DNA of 64,000 nucleotides, taken from Verrucomicrobiota bacterium. GTDB lineage: Bacteria; Verrucomicrobiota; Verrucomicrobiia; Limisphaerales; SXQI01. The DNA is taken from positions 1 through 64,000 of the forward strand of contig JANRLX010000027.1 in the NCBI GenBank assembly GCA_033762115.1, written 5' to 3'. A program made the position numbers and the translations under genes. Under the pieces are notes generated by a model that saw only the letters and a program-made list of their open reading frames with translations, ran no database searches and was not told where the DNA came from. Below, in pieces: positions 18,977-27,809 of the stretch (positions are counted from its first letter, which is position 1; every line of letters begins with the position of its first letter).

Positions 18977-20863
18977 TTACTTTGCTTGCTGTCTGGCCTG
19001 TTCTGCAAGCTTTTCTTCACATAATTTAATATAACTGTAGGCGATGGGATTGTTGTTGACCCGAACAGCGGTCGAATGAAGGAACCAATATTTGGCTTTG
19101 GCATATTCTCCAAGCTGGAAAAGGTGCCAGCCATAATGTGCACGGGCATAGTAGCCGCGTGGATCAAGCTGAAGGGCTTTTTCAAAATAATAGCCCGCTT
19201 CTTCCTTGCGGCGAAGCCAGTCGAGGCACATGCCGTAGCCGATCAGGGGGTAGGGGTCGCGGGGGTTCAGATCGATCCCTTTTTGGAACCAGCGCATGGC
19301 CTCACGAGCATGTAGTTCGTAGCCATCCAAACCGGCCCATGCTTTAAGTCTGTAACCGCGCCCAATCAAATAAATGGTTTGAGGATTGGTGGGCATCACC
19401 TGATGGGCTTTTTGAAGCCATTCCAATTGTTCGAGAGATTCCAAGCCTCGCTGCTCCGATTTGCGGAGGTAATGGGCCTCCCTGGTGAAGAGAATCGCCT
19501 GTTCGGTCATGACCCAGCCCGCGAGAAGAAAAAGAGCGGTGGCGAGGACGCGTCCGGTGATTCCCGGGTTGACCCAGAAACGCTCGGTGGCATGACGCAA
19601 ATGGCAGGCAAGAATGGCCAATAGAGTGATTGCAACCATGGCATTGCCAGGGATATGCATATTAAAATCGACGACTGAATGAACAGCCATCGCCACTAAT
19701 CCGAGGCTTGCCCCCAGGACAATTGCGGAGCGTGAACTGCCTTTACTGGTGAGATCGTTGCCACGTTTGACATATTTCCAGGTGCGAAGAACTCCCCACG
19801 TGGTGATGAGCAATACCATGCTGATGAGGCCAAGTCCGGCAATCCCGTAATCCGCGAGAGTGTTGAGGTAATCATTATGGGCCCAGACCGGCCTAAGTTG
19901 ATACTGTTCTCCTATGCCCCGATATTTGGCCCAATAGGAATCATACTGGCTGGGGCCTGCCCCGATCCAGGGATGTTCCCGCCAGACAGCAATGGCGGCC
20001 TGCCAGTAAACCTGCCGGTCATTCCTGATTTGACCGGGGCTGGTTTCAGCAGCGCGTTTATAGCGCACCTGGGCTCTGATGGAGTTCACGGCGAAGCCGA
20101 TGCCCAACGCCAGCATGATGGAGAGCAGGATCAGGCTGGGAATGCGGTAAGTTCGCTGGAATGCCATGATTCCGAAGAAAAACAGGAGGGACACTGCAAT
20201 CGAGACCCATCCTCCGCGGCTTAAAGTGACTGCAATTCCCACCGCCATGACCAATGCCGCATATCCAAGCAGTACTCGAACAATGGGTTTGTTGCGTCCA
20301 GTTAGAGTGAGGCTTAGTGCCACGGGCAGAAGCATTTCCAAATATCCGGCTAAATGATTCGGACAGATGTAGGTACCTGAGCCGCGTCCACGGTAAACAG
20401 GGGGGCGGGCGTAGAACCAGACCTTTTGGGAATCGGTGAGGTACTGATAAACAGCGTAGAAGGAAATAAGCACTCCAACAAAGATCAGAATGATCAAAAG
20501 ATACTGGAGCCATTCCGATCGATTCAGGTTATCAATAATAGCAAAGAAAAGGACGCCATAGATGGCGATTTTCAGGATTTCCTGACGTGCTTCATATTCA
20601 AGGGGAGCTTCAGGGTAGCGAAAACCCGCATAAATAAGAAAAGCAACCACTGTCCAGGCCACAGGGGGCCACAAGGTGCGATAGCTTTGCCTTACCCAAA
20701 GGCGAATTGCCCAGAGGAGGAGGATGGCGATGGTAAATCCAAGCAGAACAATGAGGTCAATCTCCCGGACGGCTCCCATTGCCAGGGGGCCAAAACAGAG
20801 CAGACCGACCACGAGGCCGAAGATGCCCTTCTCCAGCCATTCATCCAGTTGCTCCCGATCCAT
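18977..20863 (-). CDS. O-antigen ligase family (Wzy_C) membrane protein with C-terminal TPRs
   Basis: Many TMs; GTYICPNHLAG, TLSRGGW, AHNDYL; TPR-like helices at C-terminus. Confidence 0.87.
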   Translation of the reverse strand: MDREQLDEWLEKGIFGLVVGLLCFGPLAMGAVREIDLIVLLGFTIAILLLWAIRLWVRQSYRTLWPPVAWTVVAFLIYAGFRYPEAPLEYEARQEILKIAIYGVLFFAIIDNLNRSEWLQYLLIILIFVGVLISFYAVYQYLTDSQKVWFYARPPVYRGRGSGTYICPNHLAGYLEMLLPVALSLTLTGRNKPIVRVLLGYAALVMAVGIAVTLSRGGWVSIAVSLLFFFGIMAFQRTYRIPSLILLSIMLALGIGFAVNSIRAQVRYKRAAETSPGQIRNDRQVYWQAAIAVWREHPWIGAGPSQYDSYWAKYRGIGEQYQLRPVWAHNDYLNTLADYGIAGLGLISMVLLITTWGVLRTWKYVKRGNDLTSKGSSRSAIVLGASLGLVAMAVHSVVDFNMHIPGNAMVAITLLAILACHLRHATERFWVNPGITGRVLATALFLLAGWVMTEQAILFTREAHYLRKSEQRGLESLEQLEWLQKAHQVMPTNPQTIYLIGRGYRLKAWAGLDGYELHAREAMRWFQKGIDLNPRDPYPLIGYGMCLDWLRRKEEAGYYFEKALQLDPRGYYARAHYGWHLFQLGEYAKAKYWFLHSTAVRVNNNPIAYSYIKLCEEKLAEQARQQAK

Positions 20864-20898
20864 GCTTGTTGCGTTGTGCGGGGTGACCGCTGCAAGCG

Positions 20899-22269
20899 TC
20901 AGGAAACGAATTCCCGTGGATCAGTGATTTTGCCTGTCAGTGCGCTGGCGGCAACGGTGGCAGGGGAAGCAAGGAATACCTGCGATTCCTTGTGACCCAT
21001 GCGGCCGGGGAAATTGCGGTTGGTGGCGCTGATACATTTCAAGGGGGTATTCATGCGGCCGAAGGTATCCACCGGCCCGCCAAGACAAGCGGCACAGCCA
21101 GCGTTTTCGGTCATTTGAACTCCCGCATCGACAAGGATGTCCCAGACGCTTTTGTCCCCCCACAAAGAGGTTTGCAAGTCCTGAACAATCTCAGGGGTGG
21201 CCGGGACACCAAAGGTATCAATCCGCACACGTTTGCCTTGCAGCACTTTGGCAAACTCGAGGAAGTCACTGGTTTTACCGCCGGTGCAGGAGCCGATATA
21301 GGCTCGATCCAATGTGACGCCGGATAATTCCCGGGCCAGTTTGCGTTGGCCAGGGTCAGGATGGCAGGCGACGGTGGGTTCCAGTTTGGATAAATCCACG
21401 GTGAATTCGTAAATAAATTTTTCCTGGGAATCGCGCTCAACTGGCTGGTAATCGGTTTTGGTGCCATTGAGTTTGCAGCGGTAATCGACAAATTCTTTGG
21501 TTTTGGCATCGAATTCAAAAATGCCGTTCTTGCCGCCTGCTTCAATGGCCATGTTTGCGACGGTCATGCGATCATCCATTGAAAGCGAAGTCACACCGGG
21601 GCCGTCGAATTGCATGGCGCGGTAGGTGGCCCCGTCAAAACCGATCTGCCCGATGATATGCAAAATGATGTCCTTGGCCATGACACCTGGCAGCAGAGCG
21701 CCTTCGAGGCGGAAATGCATCGTTTCAGGCACTTTAATCAAAAGCTTGCCAGTGCCCATGACGAACCCCGCATCGGTATTGCCAATCCCGGTGGCAAATT
21801 CATTGAAAGCCCCGGCCATGCAGGTATGAGAATCAGTTCCAAACAGGATTTCACCGGGACGGGTGTGTCCTTTTTGGGGAAGGGCAGTATGGCAAACCCC
21901 GGCAAAACGGGAGCCGTACTGCCGTTTCAAAGCGCCTTTGGTTTTATCAAAGACCCAGGTGCCGTTCGGATCATCGATGACATCGTAGAAATAAGGAAGA
22001 TCCTGTTCCTGAACAAATTCCCGCAGGATATCGACGTTGCGGTTGGATTTGGAATCTGCGGTAAAAATGTAATGGTCCGGGATGATGACCACCCGGTTAC
22101 GGTCCCAGACTTTGGCATTGGCCCCAAATTCCCGTTTAAAAACACCAATGGTCCCGGGGCCACAGACATCGTGAGTCATCAGAATGTCTGCTTTTACCCA
22201 AACATTGTCACCCGCCTGGACGTGTGATTTGCCAGAAGCTCGGGCCAGGATTTTTTCGGTCAGCGTCAT
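20899..22269 (-). CDS. leuC: 3-isopropylmalate dehydratase large subunit (aconitase family)
   Basis: MTLTEKILA, PDH, GTDSHTC, YIGSCTGG, GCAACLGG, TNRNFPGRMG; homoaconitase activity not excluded. Confidence 0.85.
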   Translation of the reverse strand: MTLTEKILARASGKSHVQAGDNVWVKADILMTHDVCGPGTIGVFKREFGANAKVWDRNRVVIIPDHYIFTADSKSNRNVDILREFVQEQDLPYFYDVIDDPNGTWVFDKTKGALKRQYGSRFAGVCHTALPQKGHTRPGEILFGTDSHTCMAGAFNEFATGIGNTDAGFVMGTGKLLIKVPETMHFRLEGALLPGVMAKDIILHIIGQIGFDGATYRAMQFDGPGVTSLSMDDRMTVANMAIEAGGKNGIFEFDAKTKEFVDYRCKLNGTKTDYQPVERDSQEKFIYEFTVDLSKLEPTVACHPDPGQRKLARELSGVTLDRAYIGSCTGGKTSDFLEFAKVLQGKRVRIDTFGVPATPEIVQDLQTSLWGDKSVWDILVDAGVQMTENAGCAACLGGPVDTFGRMNTPLKCISATNRNFPGRMGHKESQVFLASPATVAASALTGKITDPREFVS

Positions 22270-22432
22270 ACAATAGACAGACAGTTTACTCATACGGGAC
22301 GGGGCTTGCAACAGAGCATTACGCTTCATTGTGAGAGACTTGGAGGGAGAGGGACGGTTTTGCCAAAAAGATGAAAATCAGGAATTTCCTGATTTGTGAG
22401 CTTTTCCCGCGCTCACTAGATTACGGCCACAG

Positions 22433-22885
22433 ATGATGAAAGCTGCCGGAGTGAATGGCAATCGAGTGAGTATCCTCCTGATCGAGGATAACCCAGATGA
22501 CATCACCTTGACTCTGAATGTGTTCAAAAAGAACAACCTCCTCAACAAGGTTCACGTTCTCAAAGACGGCGTTGAGGCGCTCGATTTTCTTTTTTCCACC
22601 GGCGTTTATGCTGACAAGCCACAAAACGGGCCTGAATTGATCCTGCTGGACCTGAATCTCCCTAAAATGCACGGGCTTGATGTGTTAAAAAAAATCAAGT
22701 CAGACGAGCGTACGAAAAATCTTCCTGTGGTGATTTTGACTGCCTCGCAGGAGGAGCGCGGGGTGATGCAAAGTTACAAGCTGGGAGCGCAAGGGTGCAT
22801 TGTGAAGCCATTTGAGTTCCAAAAATTTTTGGAAGCTGTCACCGAACTGCGGCTCGCATGGGTGCTGATTGCGCCATCGGAATAA
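22433..22885 (+). CDS. single-domain response regulator (Rcp1-like)
   Basis: ILLIEDNPDD, LILLDLNLPKMHG, VILTAS, IVKP. Confidence 0.92.
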   Translation: MMKAAGVNGNRVSILLIEDNPDDITLTLNVFKKNNLLNKVHVLKDGVEALDFLFSTGVYADKPQNGPELILLDLNLPKMHGLDVLKKIKSDERTKNLPVVILTASQEERGVMQSYKLGAQGCIVKPFEFQKFLEAVTELRLAWVLIAPSE

Positions 22886-22940
22886 GCCGATTTCCTCTTG
22901 CGTTGCCCCAACTGCAATCCCATGCTGCAAGCTAAGATCA

Positions 22941-23822
22941 ATGGCAGCAGTAAATTGCAATCTTTGTGGGGCGAATGATTTTTCAGTCGTTTTTGAAAAG
23001 GGTGTTGCCCAGATACACCGGATTGTCCGATGCAACCGATGTTCCCTGATGTATGCAAATCCTCAGGAAATAGTGGATTGCGTCGAGTTGGAGGCCGAAC
23101 AGATTGTTCCAGACCCAAATGATTTCTCTGTTCAGCAATATCGCGAGAAACAGAAAATCCAGCTCGCCGATAATATCAAGGCGTTGGAGGTTTTAAATGG
23201 ATTTGCGCCTCAGAGAGGCAAACTGCTCGAAGTGGGTAGTTTCATGGGATATTTTCTCCGTCTTATTCGCGAGAGCGGCTGGGATGTTACCGGGGTGGAG
23301 CTTGTCCATTGGGCAGCTGAATTTGCGCGGCAGGAATTTCAGTTAACCATTCATGAAAAGCTGTTAAGTGAGCTGGCTTTTCCGGAGGGCTATTTTGATG
23401 CGGTGATGATGCTTCATGTGATTGAGCACATGCCGGACCCGTTGCGGGAATTGAGGGAGTTACGACGAATCACCCGAACAGGAGGGCATCTTGTGGTGGA
23501 AACTCCACGATTTGATTCGTTGATGTTTAAAATATTGGGCAGACGTGAGCGGAATCTTTCCACGAGCAACGGACACATTTTTTTCTTTGAAGTTCCCACC
23601 CTGACCAAACTTCTGGAAAAAGCAGGATATGAAGTTTTACGGGTCGATCTGGTGGGGCGAACGATGTCTTTAGACCGATTTATCGGCAATCTTGGACTTA
23701 TTTTACGATATTACCCACTGCGAAAATTGATGAGTCGCATCAGCCAGGCGAGTTTTTTCACGAACCGCCGTGTGCATATTAATGTCCGGGATATGCAGCG
23801 GTTTTACTGCCGGGCAAAATAA
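22941..23822 (+). CDS. class I SAM-dependent methyltransferase with N-terminal CxxC..CxxC
   Basis: CNLC/CNRC, LLEVGSFMG, HVIEH, VETP. Confidence 0.85.
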   Translation: MAAVNCNLCGANDFSVVFEKGVAQIHRIVRCNRCSLMYANPQEIVDCVELEAEQIVPDPNDFSVQQYREKQKIQLADNIKALEVLNGFAPQRGKLLEVGSFMGYFLRLIRESGWDVTGVELVHWAAEFARQEFQLTIHEKLLSELAFPEGYFDAVMMLHVIEHMPDPLRELRELRRITRTGGHLVVETPRFDSLMFKILGRRERNLSTSNGHIFFFEVPTLTKLLEKAGYEVLRVDLVGRTMSLDRFIGNLGLILRYYPLRKLMSRISQASFFTNRRVHINVRDMQRFYCRAK

Positions 23823-23882
23823 TTTTAAGAAAGCGGGACCAGGACAGCGTATGTCCTAGTGGTTGTTGCAGGATGATGGCGT

Positions 23883-24068
23883 ATGAAAAACAACGTCATT
23901 ATTGAGCAAATGGAACTTCGATTTTGCGGACAACGGATACAAAGGAAATCGGGAAAGGTGCAAAGAGCCAAGTGGTGGTTCACGAGAATGCGCAGTGCGG
24001 TGGATCGGGCGTTTAGTTGTTCCCACCCTGTTCCCCCGGAGCAAAAATATTTCGATTTGGCCAACTAA
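23883..24068 (+). CDS. small hypothetical protein
   Basis: 61-aa ORF filling an intergenic gap; RAKWWFTRMR. Confidence 0.5.
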   Translation: MKNNVIIEQMELRFCGQRIQRKSGKVQRAKWWFTRMRSAVDRAFSCSHPVPPEQKYFDLAN

Positions 24069-24079
24069 CTGAAACCTGG

Positions 24080-24325
24080 TCAGCAATGGCAGGCATTTTC
24101 CACTTTCCATTTCTGCCATGCCCGCAGATTCAAGCAGATAAAAACAATATTTGCCGCGATGCTGGCGTAGCTTTGGCTTAGAAAACCAAAGGCAATCCAT
24201 GACGCATTGCCGATCAATCCAACCAGGAATCCAAGTTTTCTACCCTGGCCAAGCAGGTGAGTTGAAACGAATCCCATGATGAACCCGAGCCAATCGGTGC
24301 CCTGATATTTGAACAACTCCTCCAT
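24080..24325 (-). CDS. small 3-TM membrane protein (half-PnuC/SemiSWEET-like topology)
   Basis: DWLGF..., GFLVGLIGNASWIAFG, NLRAWQKW. Confidence 0.6.
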   Translation of the reverse strand: MEELFKYQGTDWLGFIMGFVSTHLLGQGRKLGFLVGLIGNASWIAFGFLSQSYASIAANIVFICLNLRAWQKWKVENACHC

Positions 24326-24409
24326 GCCCAAAGCAGAATGTTCCCAAACAAAATGCACTCTGACTCATGCGCACAGAAGGCAGCTCCGTGGCTCGGGTCA
24401 CTAACTTGT

Positions 24410-24658
24410 TTATCGACGTCCCAGCATGATCCCCAGGCAAGCACCCAAAGCAGCGGCGATGGCAATGCTTGACCATGTGTGATTATGGACGCAGTCATCC
24501 ACGGAACGTGAAACATTCCTGGCAGAATCCCCGATATTTGCCTTCCAATCAGCCCAACGCGCACGGCCATTCTCAAATCCGGCTTCCACCTGGGCGGAAA
24601 GTGATTCGAGTTGTTCGTCAAGTTGGTTGTTTAGTGGCGTACCCTGTGTGTTTTCCAT
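24410..24658 (-). CDS. DUF883 (ElaB/YqjD) family tail-anchored protein
   Basis: SD ggagg; DDCVHNHTWSSIAIAAALGACLGIMLGRR. Confidence 0.82.
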   Translation of the reverse strand: MENTQGTPLNNQLDEQLESLSAQVEAGFENGRARWADWKANIGDSARNVSRSVDDCVHNHTWSSIAIAAALGACLGIMLGRR

Positions 24659-24778
24659 ATATCCTCCTATGAATCAGAGTACGCGTGGGAAAGGCTATTT
24701 CAACGGAGCAGGTGCCTTAAAAGCTAATAGGGGAATTACACGGTATAAGCCAAACAGAAGCGGAAAAAGATGCTTCGC

Positions 24779-25585
24779 TTAAGCTTCGGCAAGGGGTTCG
24801 TCCAGATGGCGTCTTTTCGAGACATCAACACAAACGCCTCTTTTGCTGGAGTTAATAAAATCAAGCAGATGTGCTCCATATTTTCCGGGGTCATTAAACT
24901 TCAGAGTTTCACAAGCTTTTCGAGGGCTGACTCCGCGACGAAACAAGGCTTGATACAAGCGGCGCAGTTCCAGCCGTTCCGCGGAGCTGAGTCCGGCCCG
25001 TCGTAATCCGATTGAATTGAGTCCGCAAATACTATTGTCCCCGCGTGCGATGGTAAAAGGGGGTAAATCCTTGCTGATGGCCGCTCCACCCTGCATCAAG
25101 GCCAGGGTTCCAATCCGAACAAATTGATGGACGAGGCAATTGCCGGAAATGAAAACGCGATCTTCAACAGTGACATGGCCTGCGAGCAAGACGCCATTGG
25201 CGATGATCACATGGTTACCGACACGGGTGTTATGTCCCACATGAGCGTTGGCCATGAGCAGATTGTTTGAGCCAACCTCAGTATGCTCGGCAAGCTGGTT
25301 GGACCGTTGCACGGTGACATGCTCCCGGAAAATGTTTTCATTGCCGATAATCAGTCGGGTGTTTGCGCCCGAATATTTCAAATCCTGCGGTTCATCTCCA
25401 ATCACGCAGCCTGCGTGGAAGCGATTATTTTTGCCGATGGTTGTATGTCCGGTCAGATAAACATGAGGTCCTACACGGCAACCAGTGTCCATTGAGACGT
25501 GTGCATCAATGACAACATAAGGTCCGATCTGGCAATCGGTGGAGATGGTTGCCTGTGGGTGGATGATTGCGGTCGGATGGATCAT
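24779..25585 (-). CDS. lpxA: acyl-ACP--UDP-GlcNAc O-acyltransferase
   Basis: IHPTAII, hexapeptide repeats, PQDLKY, HVGH, VHQFVRIG, GLNSIGLRR. Confidence 0.92.
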   Translation of the reverse strand: MIHPTAIIHPQATISTDCQIGPYVVIDAHVSMDTGCRVGPHVYLTGHTTIGKNNRFHAGCVIGDEPQDLKYSGANTRLIIGNENIFREHVTVQRSNQLAEHTEVGSNNLLMANAHVGHNTRVGNHVIIANGVLLAGHVTVEDRVFISGNCLVHQFVRIGTLALMQGGAAISKDLPPFTIARGDNSICGLNSIGLRRAGLSSAERLELRRLYQALFRRGVSPRKACETLKFNDPGKYGAHLLDFINSSKRGVCVDVSKRRHLDEPLAEA

Positions 25586-26301
25586 TAAGTGTGGAAGTAA
25601 CCCAGTTCCCGGAGAGAGACATAGTCCCTGGAGCGTTTTTCGGTTTTTTTTCCGAGGATGACATGGTCCTGCACTTCAATCCTCAACAATTGACCGGCGC
25701 GGATGAGGTCTCGGGTGACTTTGATATCAGCTTCGGATGGGGTGGGGTCGCCACTGGGATGGTTATGAACAAGGACGATTGCGGAAGCGTTGCCACTGAT
25801 CGCGGCTTTGAATACTTCACGCGGGTGGACGAGCAATGAGTCCAGCGTGCCCTGACTAATTCGTTCCACACGGATTAACCGGCCTCTGGTGTTCAGGAGC
25901 AGCGCCTGCAGATATTCCACTTCGTAGTGGCGATTTTCCTCCCGTAACAGATCAGCAACTGAATCAGGCGTGTTGACGAGTGGAGTTTCAAGGCGGATTT
26001 CCCCTGCCATTCGCTGAGCGAGGGTGAAGGCGCTTTTGAGGGCAATGGCCTTGTCCCTGCCGATCCCGTTCGTTTTTCGCAGATCCTCCACTGAAGCATG
26101 AGCCAGGGCGTTGAGGGTCGAAAATCTTTTTAAAAGCTGTTCTGCCACATGGACCGCGGAATAACCCTGCACCCCTGTGCGAAGTAAAATGGCGATCAAG
26201 TCAGCGTTTCGGAGGGCTTCTGCTCCGTGGGACAACATGCGTTCCCTGGGACGTTCATGGTCCGGGAGGTCCTTGATGAGCATGTGCCCGCTTTCGTTCA
26301 C
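25585..26301 (-). CDS. radC: RadC family JAB-domain protein
   Basis: ERPRER, HhH region, VHPREVF, HNHPSGDPTPSEAD, DHVI. Confidence 0.95.
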   Translation of the reverse strand: MNESGHMLIKDLPDHERPRERMLSHGAEALRNADLIAILLRTGVQGYSAVHVAEQLLKRFSTLNALAHASVEDLRKTNGIGRDKAIALKSAFTLAQRMAGEIRLETPLVNTPDSVADLLREENRHYEVEYLQALLLNTRGRLIRVERISQGTLDSLLVHPREVFKAAISGNASAIVLVHNHPSGDPTPSEADIKVTRDLIRAGQLLRIEVQDHVILGKKTEKRSRDYVSLRELGYFHT

Positions 26302-26307
26302 AAAGCC

Positions 26308-26336
26308 AGTTTGAAAACCGGAGGGGGAAAAATCAA
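26308..26336 (-). promoter_or_regulatory. leaderless-type promoter for radC
   Basis: TTGATT -17- CAAACT -6- GTG. Confidence 0.5.
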
Positions 26337-26365
26337 TCCATGAATGGAAGGTTGTTCACCTCATC

Positions 26366-26394
26366 TTGTCATTGGGTAACCCTTGCTTTACTTT
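26366..26394 (+). promoter_or_regulatory. leaderless-type promoter for ffh
   Basis: TTGTCA -17- TACTTT -6- ATG, no SD. Confidence 0.6.
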
Positions 26395-26400
26395 GCGGCC

Positions 26401-27741
26401 ATGTTCGATTCGCTGTCAGGAAAGCTCCAAAAGGTTTTCAAGGATCTTCGCGGGCTTGGGAAAATTTCCGAGGAAAACATTGCCACAGCCCTGCGCGATG
26501 TTCGCATGGCGTTGCTGGACGCGGATGTGAATTTCAAGGTGGCCCGTGATTTTATTGACCGGGTGAAGGAAAAGTCGATCGGACAGGAAGTGATCCAATC
26601 GATTCATCCCGGGCAGCAAATCATCAAAGTCATCAATGATGAATTGGTGGCTTTGCTTGGCTCGGAGAACAGTGCATTGGATCTTGGCGGCAATCCTACA
26701 GTGATCATGATGGTGGGCCTGCATGGATCAGGCAAAACGACTTCGAGTGGAAAACTTGGCCGGTTGATGCAGAAGCAGGGACGGAAACCGTTGTTGGTGG
26801 GTTGCGATGTTTATCGACCGGCGGCAATGGATCAGCTGGCAACACTGGGAAAACAGCTGGAGATCCCATCCTTCATCAAAAAGGGGGAAACGGACGTCCT
26901 GAAGATTGCCGAGGAAGGAATTGCCAGTGCGCGGGCCAATCAACAAAACGTGGTGATTCTCGATACGGCAGGGCGATTGCAGATCGATGAACCGCTTGTG
27001 CAGGAATTGGTGCGCTTGCGTGACATGGTCAAGCCGCAGGAAATACTACTGGTGCTGGATGCGGCTGTTGGGCAGGAAGCGGTCAATGTCGCAACGCATT
27101 TTGACAAGGCGTTAAATATCACTGGTTCGATCCTGACCAAGCTGGATGGCGATGCCCGTGGCGGTGCCGCCCTGAGCATGAAAGCGGTCACCGGAAAACC
27201 GATCAAATTTGCGGGGACGGGGGAGAAGCCGGAAAATTTTGAACCATTTCATCCTGAACGAATGGCTTCGCGAATCCTGGGGATGGGGGATGTGGTCAGC
27301 CTTGTGGAACGGGCCGCGGAAGCAGTTGACCTGGACGAAGCCAGGCGCATGGAGGAAAAAATGCGCAAGGGACAGTTCACCCTGGAAGACTTTCTTGATC
27401 AACTGCGCGCCATGAAAAAACTGGGTTCATTGGAAAGCATTGTCAGCATGCTGCCCGGTGGCAATGACATGATGAAGCAGGCTGATTTGAGCAAAAGCGA
27501 AAAAGAGTTCAAGCGGATGGAAGGCATGATTTGCGCGATGACCCCACAGGAGCGGCGTCATCCGCAGATTTTGAATGCGCGTCGCCGTCAGCGAATTGCA
27601 AAAGGGAGTGGAGTGGCAGTTTCTGAACTCAATACGTTGCTGAACAAATTTTCCCAAATGCAGCAGATGATGAAGAAAATGGGCAAGTTCCAAAAAATGA
27701 TGACAAAGATGGGTCGGCTTCCGCCCGGGTTTCGCGGGTGA
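26401..27741 (+). CDS. ffh: signal recognition particle protein
   Basis: GLHGSGKTT, DVYRPAA, DTAGR, TKLDGDARGG, Met-rich M domain. Confidence 0.98.
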   Translation: MFDSLSGKLQKVFKDLRGLGKISEENIATALRDVRMALLDADVNFKVARDFIDRVKEKSIGQEVIQSIHPGQQIIKVINDELVALLGSENSALDLGGNPTVIMMVGLHGSGKTTSSGKLGRLMQKQGRKPLLVGCDVYRPAAMDQLATLGKQLEIPSFIKKGETDVLKIAEEGIASARANQQNVVILDTAGRLQIDEPLVQELVRLRDMVKPQEILLVLDAAVGQEAVNVATHFDKALNITGSILTKLDGDARGGAALSMKAVTGKPIKFAGTGEKPENFEPFHPERMASRILGMGDVVSLVERAAEAVDLDEARRMEEKMRKGQFTLEDFLDQLRAMKKLGSLESIVSMLPGGNDMMKQADLSKSEKEFKRMEGMICAMTPQERRHPQILNARRRQRIAKGSGVAVSELNTLLNKFSQMQQMMKKMGKFQKMMTKMGRLPPGFRG

Positions 27742-27809
27742 TTTCGTCCTCTTTTCAAATGACTGCTTTCATGGGATGGTTTCATTTCAAATCAACACAG
27801 GAGATACGC

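Noticed and set aside
25585..26301. RadC as marker of a mobile element or anti-defence locus
   Set aside because: Full-length chromosomal type between housekeeping genes; no integrase, repeats or evident compositional shift
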